From the NCBI GenBank assembly GCA_040437565.1, contig JBDOQK010000031.1:1-64000 (forward strand): a stretch of DNA of 64,000 nt, in the 5' to 3' direction. The notes under the pieces are model-generated. The model saw only the letters and a program-made list of their open reading frames with translations, did not search any database and was not told the DNA's origin. The stretch is from Albugo candida (taxonomy: Eukaryota). The position numbers and the translations under genes were made by a program. Below are positions 1 through 13,500 of this stretch, in pieces (the first letter of the stretch is position 1; each line of letters begins with the position of its first letter).

Positions 1-99
1 CATCATTCGGCCCATCTTCGACTCAGATCGTCCATCGGATTCTTCCACGGTCTTGAGTGGTGGAATCTTGGTTCGGCTCATAAGCTGTTGCCAGGTAAG

Positions 100-2160
100 C
101 GAAGAATTGGCTCCACGAAATTGCCAACACTGAGGTTTTATTCTTAGGACTTTAAAATTTAATCAATCGTTTCGACCAACTACCAAGTGCGACTAGAAAC
201 CTAATACACATTCTTAAGTCCTTTCAACAATTGTGGCCTGTCTCTTGGTAGATCCGACATCTTCAGAGATCCACAGGAGCATCCAAAGTAGCTAAAAAAA
301 ATTATGGAAATCACTGCGTTGAGAGCGATGGCCAACCACATGTGTGCACTTGTACAAGATCGCGAATATATGTCTCTGGGACTGCCAAGACATAGTCTAG
401 AAGCACACGCTTAAGATTATTGGAAGCTTTCTCATACTCATCAGCTTCCTCTTCAATGCTATCTCAATTCCAATTGACATGGTCCCAGTCTCAATATGAA
501 TTGACATTGTTTGTTACAGCCACCAACGCTGATCAAAATGATTAACGGATAGTGTTACCACTTGATGACGAAAAGAATGAGAGCAAGGATAGCCCATTGT
601 AGATGTCAACAAACCTACAGGTAAATAATGTTGCAGTCAATGGCATTTGGTCACATTTACTTGCACTTAGTCACAGTCTACAAGCCTTGACAATATCGGT
701 CATCCCGAAGCCGCTACTGGTACTGCCGATAAGCTGCGCGCAGACCAGCTACTAAATTATTTCCTATCACCTTTGAGAACACGAAACCAAGCTGCATTTT
801 GGATATAGCGTGCTACTTGCATTTTACTGCACATTGACAGAAAGCTGACCTTCTCAGGCAGGATGAATTGCTGAACCCACTGAGAGTGGATCCCCTGCAA
901 TGAATGAAATCTCAGATACATTGACTTCTTCCAGCATAATCAGCATGCAATACAGCTTACCTGTCGACACAGCAATTCACTTTTTAGGGAAGCATAGGCG
1001 CTCTCCACCGGGGATATTGTTATATGCCCATAATGACGATTATTGTGCAGGAAAGCAGCAACATACCGCTCCTTGTAAACCAGCCAAGTTGTCTCAAGGT
1101 AGCTCATTTGAGCCGCAGGGAAGGTGGCATGCATTTGTGAAAGTTGTGTCCAAAAAAACTGCAATGGCTGTGGTGGCAGCAAGTTGGTTCCAGACTTGGT
1201 TAAATTCTTGCCAGACTTATGAGGTTTGGAATGCTGTTCTTTGCTTGGAAAGAATGTTCTTGCTGATCTGCCAGCGGAAAGGAAGCAAGATGCATTAGAA
1301 AACGTCTCTGACATACTTGAGTGCTTCATGTTGTGGACCATATACTTGGAAGATTTCTTTAGCATGGCGCATTGCCCATAAGTAGTCTACCGAAGTCTCG
1401 TTCTTCGTGATCAGTATGCAAATGTGAAGGAACTATTTGTTGCTGTGATGCCAATGATAGGAGAAGAAGTAGTCCATATCTGTTGGTTTTTTAGGTAGCT
1501 TCAAGAAGCCAAACACGACCAGCACTGTACCTGCTGCAAATCTCTTTTGCAGAAGGTGAGATAATCAGCAGTTGAGTTAGTCGCTGCAGAACATTGAGTT
1601 GAGATAAGAAGCAACCGAGAGCAAGACCATCTAATAAAGTTACGAGTGGAGATCGGCCTGCCGGCATCCTGTTGTGTTCTGCGTGGTGCAAGCTGTAGAT
1701 ATCTTGAGCTCTGGCTATAACATTGTTTTTTTTGGCGCAGTGAAGTGACAATTCGGCCAGGTGGCTCACCAGAACGGCCTAGAAACAAGATTGATTGCTG
1801 GCTGTTTTCTTCTTGAAGGGCGCCGTTTTGAATGCGGAGATTGGTGAGCAAAGGGAGCATGACTGTGTTCTCCATCGTCAATTTGCACTTGCCATTGACC
1901 AGATTTTTGTTTCCGTTTGCTGGCCTTATACAACACCCAGTGCTGCGGCTAGACGACACACGCTGACGAGTACCTACACCCATCACTGGGGGAGTGGATT
2001 GGGAGCAGGCAAGGATTAGAAATTTCACTTCTCCATCTGCCTTATTGCCTATCTCTTTTGTGCGTTTGTTAACAACAACTAGCCTTGTTGTAGTACATGA
2101 TCATCAATTGCGGCCTTCACCTGTCCCATGGAAGCGTAAGCAAGCTGGGGTAGCGGTGCA
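100..2160 (-). mobile_element. Decayed Mutator-like (MULE) DNA transposon transposase, with frameshifts and stops
   Basis: Minus-strand fragments occur in the expected order: FAR1/WRKY-like 'ILACSQ..STGC..GEHSHAP', then 'VWLLEAT*KTNRYG' (cf. MULE D-x-TYKTNRY), then 'TTWLVYKERYVAAFLHNNRHYGHITISPVESAYASLK' (cf. WL..KE.FV.AW...HFG..TTSR.ES.H..LK). Boundaries are approximate. Confidence 0.75.
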
Positions 2161-2332
2161 TGGCTGTTGATTGTGGTTTTTGAGGAAATAAAAAGTGTAA
2201 TATAATTGTATTTAGACCAATCAGAGGCCACGATTTCTAATTAATCCTAATTCAATACATCCGGATATAACGGAAACTGTTAACCAATGTAACTTCAGTT
2301 ACGTACTCGATTACGCTGGACCAAAGGGTAAC

Positions 2333-5300
2333 ATGAAGCAAACTCAGCAATCTCTATTTGCCTTTTTCAGCCCGTCAAGCGCGAAATCACCGCCAAATAC
2401 AATCGAGAAGAAGAAACGAAACGGTTTGTAGACGAACTTATTTGATTTATAGGTCGCTGAGAGCTTTTTTTAGATACGAACAGCTCGAAAAAACGGAACA
2501 ATTTTACCGACAAGATCAACGCTGCCGCTGCCAAGAAAGATGTAAAAGACGCGACACGAAAGAAGAGGAAGAAAAATGAGATTGACCCCGAAGGCAGATT
2601 TAAAGGAGAAGCTGTACCTGTAGAAAAAGACAGCAATCAAAAAGACAAGCGCGATCCGGGAAAAATTGGAAATAGGAAGAAGATTGTGGCGATTCTAGAA
2701 GATGATAGCAGTAGTGACGACGAATGGATGGCAAGCAAGGGCGATGATGGCTCAGATTTGGATTACACCGAAGATATACATCATATTGTTAGCTCTAGTG
2801 AGGAACCGAGTGAGCTAGATCTGGATGAGGATGAGCTAGATGGCATCAGTGGTGTGCAAGGGGATCATCTAGAAAAGATATCAGACGTTAAAGAATGCGG
2901 TAATACGAATAAAGTGGTGAGTCAAATCCCTTCACCTATGGCGAAACCACAGCAAACTGCCTCAGGAGTCTTTGGCGCAGGATGTCATCTTCATGATTCT
3001 TTTGTTTGGCTTAAATCGAATCGTCGAGATATCGATGGGAATGGACCTGATTCTCCTGATTATGATCCTCGTACACTGTACGTTCCACCAAATTTCCTGA
3101 AGAAAGAAACACCTGCAATGATACAGTGGTGGGAAGTAAAATCGAGAAATATGGACACGATATTGTTCTTCAAAGTAGGAAAGTTCTATGAATTGTTTCA
3201 TATGGATGCAGATATTGGATTCAAGGAACTAAATCTCATATACATGAAAGGAGAGAAAGCTCACTCGGGATTTCCCGAGATTGCTTATGATAAAATGGCA
3301 TCTCAGCTTGTTAGGAAGGGATATCGCGTCGCTCGTGTGGAACAGACGGAAACCCCGGAAATGATGAAAGTACGAAATGCATCCTCGAAACAAAAGTCAA
3401 AGGTTGTACGACGTGAAATCTGCTCCATGGTGTCACCTGGATTAAATACCTTTGGCTGCATTTCTTCCGATGATTATTGTGCAAAAATGCTTGTCTTGAA
3501 AGAAAAACAGATAAAGCAAGGATCTACATTCATCTCAAGATATGGCGTCTGTGTTCTAGATACCTCTACCGCATGCTTTCAACTGGGGGAATTCGACGAC
3601 ACTGTGCAAAGAGATCGCCTCAAGACACTCCTTGCGCAGTACAGAATTGTAGAGCTTATTTGCGAGCGCTCAGAGATGACAAAGGCCACAAAACAGACCA
3701 TTAAGTTTGGTGCACCAGATGCCGTGGTTACGGAACTGAAGAGCGGATCTGAATTCTGGTCAGCATCCAAGACCGTACAAGAGATCCAAATCGCGCAGTA
3801 TTTCAAAATCTTTGGCTGGCCTGCATCCATTGCTCAATATCTCACCAGTGAGAATGTCGTACGAGATGATGGTGAACTCGCATTGAGCGCACTTGGTGGC
3901 TGTATCTGGCAGCTAAGGCGAGGTATTGTGGACAAGGAGCTGCTTACAATGAACAACTTTAAAACATACATTCCTTCCGATCAAGAAACTCGTGATACTA
4001 GTCACGATCCGACAAAACAAGTGGCCACACCGGAAATAAATCAACGCTATGTTGTTCTCGATGCACAGACACTTTCCAATTTGGAGATATTGAGAAACAA
4101 CAGAAATGGGAAACGAAATGGATCATTGATAGATATTTTGGATAAAACGGTGACTAGTTTTGGCAAGCGCTTATTTCAGGAATGGGTCGTGAAGCCTTTA
4201 TGTCAGGTTGCCCACATTTCCGATAGATTGGACGCGGTGGAAGAACTTATTGCCAATATGGAAACAGTGAATGAGATTCGAGATTGCTTGAAGAAATTAC
4301 CGGATCTAGAACGAGTTCTATTTCGCATCCACACCTTGGGATCCGCTGATCGTGCCCGAGATCATCCCGACAGTCGAGCGGTCATGTACGAATCCAATAC
4401 GTACAATATTCGCAAAATACGTGACTTTGTAGCCGCATTGAACGGCTTTGAAAGTGCGATGAACCTAATCAATGCTATTACTCCGACATTTGCGCAATTT
4501 GAGTCCTCTTTGCTTCGGACTTTTGTGAGAAGATCCAATTCTGATGGAGGAAACGAGCACTCTGTGAGCCAATTTCCGGATCTGAGAAAACGACTCGACT
4601 TTTTCAAGGTCAGCTTTGATCGAGAGTCAGCTCAAAAAAGTGGAGTGATCATTCCCGAGACCGGAATCGACCCAGAGTATGATGCTGCTTGTATGGATAT
4701 CCAACGCGTAGAAAAATCTTTTGAAGAGTATTTGGAAGAGCAAAAACAGATACTTCGCTGTCAACAAATCAGTTATTGGGGTAAGAAGAAGGACGATCGC
4801 TATCAATTAGAGATTCCAGAGGAAGCGATCGCGTCAAAGCAACCGAAAGAATATGAGCTCAAGTCTCGGCGAAAAGGCTTCAAACGATATCACACACCCG
4901 AAATTCGTAAACTCTTATCAAAGCTCATTTGTACCGAAGAGAAAAGGGAAGAAGCTCTCAAAGATCAAATGCGTCGGATTTTCCACAAGTTTGATGAAAA
5001 CTACACCGAATGGCTGCAAGCTGTTCGGTACCTTGCAGTCTTGGATTGTTACCAGAGCCTCGCAGTCGTCAGCGCACACAGTGAAAATTATTGCAGGCCG
5101 CTCGTAGTGTCAGCAAAGTCTAACAATGGTATCCCATTCATTGACTTTGAAGGAGGAGTGCATGCAACGATGGCGGGCAATGAACACTTTATACCAAACG
5201 ATACGACTCTCGGTCTGGATGAAAATGGCACCTTGATGCTGCTAAGTGGGCCAAACATGGGAGGTAAGTCGACGCTTTTGCGTCAGACATGTCTCATTGC

Positions 5301-5964
5301 GCTGATGGCACAAATCGGATGTTACGTACCGGCGACGAGGTGTCGAATGAGTCCTGTTGATCGCATTTTCACACGTATTGGAGCAACAGATAATTTACTG
5401 GCTGGACAAAGTACGCTGTTTGTTGAATTGGCAGAGACTGCAACCATACTCAACCATTCCACCCAGCATTCACTTGTGATTTTGGACGAACTCGGTCGCG
5501 GAACATCCACATTTGATGGAACTGCTATCGCTTCGTCGGTAGTGGAATATCTTCTCCGTCGTGTGGGATGTCGCGCGATGTTTGCGACGCATTATCACTC
5601 TTTGGTTGAAGAGTATCAGAATGACCCTAAAGTTGCTTTAAGTCATATGGCGTGTATGGTCGACTCGGAGCAAGAACACAAAGTCACTTTTCTGTACAAG
5701 CTTTCAGCCGGAATGTGCCCGAGAAGTTATGGAACGAACGTGGCCATTCTGGCTCAATTACCCGATCAAGTGATACAGTGTGCTATTGCAAAGTCAAGAC
5801 AGTTTGAATCATCTCTACAAAACTACGCAAATTGTGTTGCTGAAACAACTCAATTACACGCCAAAGTCGAAAGGTTCATGAGCACATCGCAGCCTCAAAT
5901 GGATGTTTTATTATCATACTGGAAAGAAGCACGAAAATTGGCTCCAACACATCGTGCCTCATAG
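2333..5964 (+). CDS. MSH6: DNA mismatch repair protein MSH6 (exons 2333-2423 and 2474-5964)
   Basis: MutS domain I 'FFKVGKFYELF', 'YDPRTLYVP', Walker A 'GPNMGGKST', 'DELGRGTS' and 'FATHY'. An upstream exon MKQTQQSLFAFF (PIP box) joins in frame via a 50-nt GT..AG intron at 2424-2473. Confidence 0.95.
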
Positions 5965-5974
5965 TATCGACGAC

Positions 5975-7497
5975 TCATGCAGGTTCATTGCTGGCGTCAA
6001 ACTTTACAAAGCACAGAATACCTTCGTCATATAATGCCTTTGCAACTCCAATCTGATCATCAGAATCTTCATGCGGCAGGTCACCGACGCGGAAAGAGCT
6101 TGGATAACTCTTCAGTACGTATTCGATACATTCGGCATCATCAATTTCAAATTCCAGTGGCGAAATGGGATTCTCGTTATGTTTGCGCGAGTTCTCTTTA
6201 CAATGGTACACGACCGCTTTGTCATCTTCGATAACAAGCCGTGCGATTTCACCACGCAGTAATTTGAATTGAGTATCGACAGTGATTTTCAGTAGTGGAC
6301 AGGCTTCCACTGTGCAGTCTTCTTCATCGTCCAACAGCGCTGGAGGCAATCGATCCATTAAAAACCGCTTGGCCATTTGATCAGTGGCGGCATCCAATTT
6401 GGCCATTGCTTCCGTCATAACGACTTTCAAGTATTTCTTCGTCTCACTGATAAAGCGCTGACGCTCGGAATGCTCATTCAGATCCGAATGCATCACACCC
6501 ATATACGAGAGATAATTTCGTGGAAGTGATTTCCGCACGCTCAAATTGCTTTGGATGGCCGATTGGACAGCTTGAGGAACGAGTATTTCCAACAAGTCAG
6601 CAAATGCGTTGTGCTGACCCGCTGAGATTGTGATATGCAGAGAAGAAAGCTCTTTGGATGTATTGGCCTGATGGATGTACCCTCGAGGAAGATAAAGCAG
6701 ATCGCCGGGTCCAAGCTCTATTTCAAGTAATGGATCGCCTATATCGCTTTGCTGGAAATTTTCGCTGGAAATTCGTGGTAGAATTTGTTCCGTGCAACGC
6801 GGACTGTAGATTTTCCATTGTTTGCGTCCTTCCAACTGCAAGATGAACGCCTCAATGTCGTCATAGTGGGGTGCGAAGCCTTGCGCTCCTGGTGGTGTCA
6901 AGTATGTATTGGATCCCACCATGGTCCCAAACTCGCTTTCCAAGATGGACAATAGTCTCCACAAGCGATCGGAGAATTGTTGTGGACATAACAATCGAAT
7001 GGACCATCCTTCCGCAAATTTCCTCCAAATATCCTTTCCATTAGCGATCACCGTCTTCTCCGGGAGCCACGTCTCACGTCCGCCATCAATATATCGCGCT
7101 ACATCCACGTCGTTGGTATACTCGAGCGAATGATCTTCCAAAATACGACTCATCTCGCGTTTATCAAACCTGAAAAGGAATGTGAATGGAGAGCTGTGGG
7201 AGAGAGCGTGGCGTACCAATTGCTATAGAAGGCTTCTTTCTTACGTTTGATGACGACAGGACGTTTCTCCCAGTACTTTTGGTAAAACTCATCGACTTGG
7301 AGTGGTCCCAACATCCATTGCAGCATCATTCTGGCTTGCATAGCGCTATGTATAGAAGAGTTTGAAGCGATATCCGTATCGACCAAATCATTATCACTCT
7401 CATCGTCGATGACGAGACGCGATTTTGCGGGTTTTACGCTGTCATCGGCGCAGAGTTTTATCCGCTTTTCGGGTTGTTGGCACGCCATTTTGTCCAT
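5975..7497 (-). CDS. NO66: NO66/RIOX1-family JmjC (cupin_4) ribosomal oxygenase / histone demethylase, 2 exons
   Basis: 'EFYQKYWEKRP', 'YLTPPGAQGFAPHYDDIEAFILQLEGRKQW' and 'PGDLLYLPRGYIHQA' (HxD...H triad). A 47-nt intron at 7170-7216 joins the two ORFs. Confidence 0.9.
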
Positions 7498-7597
7498 CCT
7501 TTAGACGATATTTTCATCCAATCATTGTTTTTTCTCAGCACTTATATCCAATCAAGTTCAATTACAATTATGGAAATTTGCTACGATTTATTACGTT

Positions 7598-10500
7598 TTA
7601 CACTTGTGCCTGGATAACAGCAGTATTGGCGTCAGGAACTCGTTCCAAGACAGCTTCGTCAGCTATGGTACCCTCGTCAACTGGATCTGTATCGCTGGAT
7701 TCTCTCTGCATTCTCGTTCGTCTGTATGCGGTCCGTGAAAGCATCCCAACAAGAGCCAATATTGCAACAGCGCCCACCGCTGCGGCTGCAATTATTGCGT
7801 ACTGGATAGAATTGTACTTTTTCAGTCTCCCTCGCTCGACGTTCGCTTTCGCTGATGTACTGATAGTCATCGAGTCTTCGCCTTGTAAAACGCCATCGAT
7901 TGTGATCAAGTAGCAGTCGTAAAATGGTGCCGATTGATTCGTTACCAGTGAGGTTTTACAGAACCGACACGAGTCCGAAAAGCATCCAAGGCCTCCCTGC
8001 ACACAAGTCGAGTCATTCATCGCATATACGCCCATTTCTAGATCCCCGGAAGCCACCACATCGCCACAAGAGAATGAATCGATTGAATGATTTGGTACTT
8101 TGATTGGCTTTACTTGTTTGACGTCGGAACAGGCGAATAAATGCTCCGATTTGTTGGTGATTTTTGTATGACAAAAACGACAGTGAGATGTGAAGCATCC
8201 GAGACCGCCAAAGTAACAGTTTGGATCGTCAACGCCTTCGACTCCAACTGCTTTGTCACCTTGTGTTACGATCGCATTACAATCGTGGAGAAGAGAAGAA
8301 GCACTGGTGTTGGAATTCGAGCCGGTGAAGCTTACAAGCTCCTGGTCGGAGGTTTTGACTCCGTATGGAGTCACGAGGTAGCATGGAATGTAGGAACTCG
8401 ACTGAATTGTTTCCGATTGCTGGCAGAATCGACAAGTATCGGCGAAACATCCGAGTCCTCCAGCCTGGCAGGAAGTATCGTTCATGGCATAGATACCCAC
8501 AGCAAGATCGCCTGGGGACACAAAGGATCCACAACTGATTGTCTCTGCATCACTGACGGAGTCGACTTGAGACGGAAAGCTCTGTGACGAAGTTGTCGAG
8601 ACATTAAAGTTGTCACATGACAATAAATCAGCAGATTTTGGAGTCAATTCGGTTCTACAGAATCGACATGTTGATGTGAAACATCCCAAGCCTCCCGGTA
8701 CGCATGACGTATCATACACAGCATTTATTCCATTGTACTTGTCTCCGAACGCCACAAAGTCCTCACAATTCTCAATCACAGCAGCTGTATCATTGTCGAA
8801 TGTACCGGTTGGAGTCACAAGTGGCGAATTCGCTGTTGTCGAATTTTCTTCGCCCACGATGCCATCTTTTGTGACTCGATAGCAGTCGACAAAGTTGTGG
8901 GCTTCTGGTGTGTTTGCTGTCTTGCAGTATCGGCAATCATTTGAGAAGCATCCAATGCCGCCAGTAGCACACGTACTATCGTTCATTGCGTACACGCCAT
9001 TGGCGAGATCGTTAGCAGCAACAAGGTCGCCGCATAGTGCAACGAAATTGGAAGTACTTGGCTCATTAATGTTGTTTGTGTCACTAGCGGCTGTGGCACT
9101 TGGTTCGTTTGACGAATTGGATGGTGATTCCTGGGATCCAGCGTCTTGAACAGAAGAATTGCATGGAGCCAACTGAGCCGAAAGTTCGGTCAAATTTGAC
9201 TGACAGTAGCGGCAATCGTTTGTAAAGCATCCTTCTCCGCCGACAGCACATGTAGGATCGTGGACAGCGTTTATTCCGGCCAATCTGTCTCCGTACGAAA
9301 CAATATCGTCGCAATTTTGGATCACATCGGATGCTGAAGGATACGTTGACGAGTCCGAAGGCATACCGATAAAGCCCGAGTCGATAGGCGCGAATGATAT
9401 TCCGTTATCTTCGCCCCCTTCGATAGTGTCACATGGAACGAAGTAGGAAGATTGAACGCTTTCAAATCGCTTGCAGTATCGACAGATTCCATCGATACAA
9501 CCCGCTCCGCCATCGAGACACGAGGCATCTGTTGTGATGTCAACACCAACTAAAGCATCTCCGGCTGATACGATTTTCGTGCAAGTGGTTGGAAACGCTG
9601 GAGGTTGGGGTGTTGTTGGCTCGGGCGTTGTAGGCTCTGAGATATCGACTTCTGTGGGCTGAAAAATCATATCGTTCGCACCCGAGCTGGCGCTACTGGA
9701 AGAAGAACCCGATAAGGATGGCGACCCCATTGGGGTTTCTACTTCATGTGCTGGTTCCATGGTCGCTGAACTGCTTGTGTGTGGTACCTCATCCTCCGGT
9801 TCCGAGCTCAGGGGAGTCACATCTTTGTCGGTTGTGGGATGAGATGGCGATGGTTTGGGTGCACTTGGATTAGGTTCATCATATATTCCATGTTGCGATC
9901 CCTTTTCTCCATCATCGGGATTTGTTGTAGCAGGCGGCGTTGTTGTCGGAATCGATGGACCAGCAAGAGAGGAATCCGTATCGGAAGGTTTGGTCGGCTT
10001 GACATCGTTTGGTTCTGCTTCCGAACTGGATGCATGACTCGGCTCGACGCTCTCATCATTTAATGAAGATTCACTACTTCCTTCGGTAGCGACGTCGGTC
10101 GATTGTGTTGGGTGAATCGGCTCATCTTTCGGTGGAGCTTCAGCGCTTCCTTCGGTGGGAACGTCGATCGATAGATCCGTTTCATCATTCAAAGAACCTT
10201 CCGTCGGAGGAACAATGGCTTTAGATCCCGTCGATGGCGTCGGGTGGTTCGGCTCGACGCTCTCATCATTTAATGAAGAATCACTACTTCCTTCGGTAGC
10301 GACGTCGGTCGATTGTGTTGGGTGAATCGGCTCATCTTTCGGTGGAGCTTCAGCGCTTCCTTCGGTGGGAACGTCGATCGATAGATCCGTTTCATCATTC
10401 AAAGAACCTTCCGTCGGAGGAACAATGGCTTTAGATCCCGTCGATGGCGTCGGGTGGTTCGGCTCGACGCTCTCATCATTTAATGAAGAATCACTACTTC

Positions 10501-13500
10501 CTTCGGTAGCGACGTCGGTCGATTGTGTTGGGTGAATCGGCTCATCTTTCGGTGGAGCTTCAGCGCTTCCTTCGGTGGGAACGTCGATCGATAGATCCGT
10601 TTCATCATTCAAAGAACCTTCCGTCGGAGGAACAATGGCTTTAGATCCCGTCGATGGCGTCGGGTGGTTCGGCTCGACGCTCTCATCATTTAATGAAGAA
10701 TCACTACTTCCTTCGGTAGCGACGTCGGTCGATTGTGTTGGGTGAATCGGCTCATCTTTCGGTGGAGCTTCAGCGCTTCCTTCGGTGGGAACNNNNNNNN
10801 NNNNNNNNNNNNNNNNNNNNNNNNNNNNNNNNNNNNNNNNNNNNNNNNNNNNNNNNNNNNNNNNNNNNNNNNNNNNNNNNNNNNNNNNNNNNGGAACAAT
10901 GGCTTTAGATCCCGTCGATGGCGTCGGGTGGTTCGGCTCGACGCTCTCATCATTTAATGAAGAATCACTACTTCCTTCGGTAGCGACGTCGGTCGATTGT
11001 GTTGGGTGAATCGGCTCATCTTTCGGTGGAGCTTCAGCGCTTCCTTCGGTGGGAACGTCGATCGATAGATCCGTTTCATCATTCAAAGAACCTTCCGTCG
11101 GAGGAACAATGGCTTTAGATCCCGTCGATGGCGTCGGGTGGTTCGGCTCGACGCTCTCATCATTTAATGAAGAATCACTACTTCCTTCGGTAGCGACGTC
11201 GGTCGATTGTGTTGGGTGAATCGGCTCATCTTTCGGTGGAGCTTCAGCGCTTCCTTCGGTGGGAACGTCGATCGATAGATCCGTTTCATCATTCAAAGAA
11301 CCTTCCGTCGGAGGAACAATGGCTTTAGATCCCGTCGATGGCGTCGGGTGGTTCGGCTCGACGCTCTCATCATTTAATGAAGAATCACTACTTCCTTCGG
11401 TAGCGACGTCGGTCGATTGTGTTGGGTGAATCGGCTCATCTTTCGGTGGAGCTTCAGCGCTTCCTTCGGTGGGAACTTCGTCCGATAGATCCGTTTCATC
11501 ATTCAAAGAACCTTCCGTCGGTGGAACAATGGCTTTAGATCCCGTCGATGGCTTTTCAGAAATTGTCTCGTCTGAACGACTCGTAAATTGATCATTATAC
11601 GCATCACACTTTTCAAGGTGCTGCGATGATGGTGTGCTTTTGTACGCACAGAATCGGCATGCATTCGTGATGCATCCCAAGCCGCCATTCACACAGCTTG
11701 GATCCGCCACAATTTGAATTCCAGCGTTATAGTCGCCATCTGAGACTGTCACCGAGCATCTAGAGCCTTCTNNNNNNNNNNNNNNNNNNNNNNNNNNNNN
11801 NNNNNNNNNNNNNNNNNNNNNNNNNNNNNNNNNNNNNNNNNNNNNNNNNNNNNNNNNNNNNNNNNNNNNNNCGATAGATCCGTTTCATCATTCAAAGAAC
11901 CTTCCGTCGGTGGAACAATGGCTTTAGATCCCGTCGATGGCTTTTCAGAAATTGTCTCGTCTGAACGACTCGTAAATTGATCATTATACGCATCACACTT
12001 TTCAAGGTGCTGCGATGATGGTGTGCTTTTGTACGCACAGAATCGGCATGCATTCGTGATGCATCCCAAGCCGCCATTCACACAGCTTGGATCCGCCACA
12101 ATTTGAATTCCAGCGTTATAGTCGCCATCTGAGACTGTCACCGAGCATCTAGAGCCTTCTCCTTCAGAAGGAACAGGCTTGACAGCAGCCAAGTCATTGT
12201 CTCCCTGTAAGCTCGAGCTCTGTGTCTGTCCTTTATCATCCGTCATCGACGTAATTGGCTCCTCATTGCTGAGATCTGACTTGCCTGAGCTCTGTCCTTC
12301 ATCGGTCACTGGCGTCTCATTCAGCGGCGTAGTAGGCGACTCATTGCTGACATTCGACTTGCTCGATCCCTCAGTGCTCAGATCCGCCGTAGCTTTGGCT
12401 ACCGTCTCGTCATTCAGACTCGTGTATTGAGATCCCCAATCCGAACAGCCTTCAAGATGCGCAGAGAGTGGAGTTCGAACGTACTGGCAAAATCGACACT
12501 CTGGAGTAAAACATCCCAATCCACCGGATGCACACGAGTGATCTGTGATGATCTGTACACCAGCAAGATAATCTCCCGCTGAGATCGTCGCAGTGCAGTT
12601 GGCATTCACTGTCGGAACAGCGCTTGAACCAGAAGTCGTATCATTTTGAACCGGAGGAGAATTCGAATCTTGCGTCAGTCCAATGTCACTGGATCCATCC
12701 GTTTGAGCATTAAAGTCAGCACATTCAACAAAGTGTTGCGATAATGGTGTGTTTCTGGTCTTACAGAATCGACACACGTCCGAATAACAACCGAGACCTC
12801 CGTTGATGCACGTTGCATCAGTGAAAAGCTCGATTCCAGCATTCGTATCATCTGGTGAGACTGTCAATGCACATTCTTCATACTGAGCAACAGGTGTCAC
12901 ATCAGACGACCCCGACTGTGTGGTCAAGGGCGATGAAACAAGACGCGTATACTTCTGCCCGTAAGCATCGCAACTTCCCAAATGGGCCGAAAAAGTCGTA
13001 TTTTTATACCGACAGAATCGACAAGCACCTGAGAAACATCCCAATCCACCGTCGTTGCAGCTCGAGTCAGTGACAATTTGAATCCCGACATTATAATCGC
13101 CATCTGACACCGTTGCCGCACAGGTTTCGTCCGACAGAACGGGTACTGGGCTGGTCGTGTACTTGCCTCCATAGTCTGTACAATTGCCGAAATGCTCCGA
13201 CAACGGTGTGCTCAAGACCTTACAATACCGACAGACGCTTGCAAAGCATCCAAGTCCTCCATCCTCACACACAGTATCGGTGATGATTCGTATGCCCACA
13301 TTATAGTCGTCAATGGACACGGTCGCAGTGCATTCCAATGCGGAAGGCTCTTCGACCCCGCTGATCGAACCAGTCCGAGTGTTTGGACACAGACCGTAAT
13401 CGTGCGATTGAGGCGATTCTTCGACCTTACAAAATCGACAATTATCATTGATACATCCGAGTCCACCGCTCACACACGTCTCATCTGTGACGATGTCAAG

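Noticed and set aside
10040-11552. Regular repeats as a CRISPR-like array
   Set aside because: Units are contiguous 210-bp in-frame coding repeats with no unique spacers, in a eukaryotic context with no cas genes.
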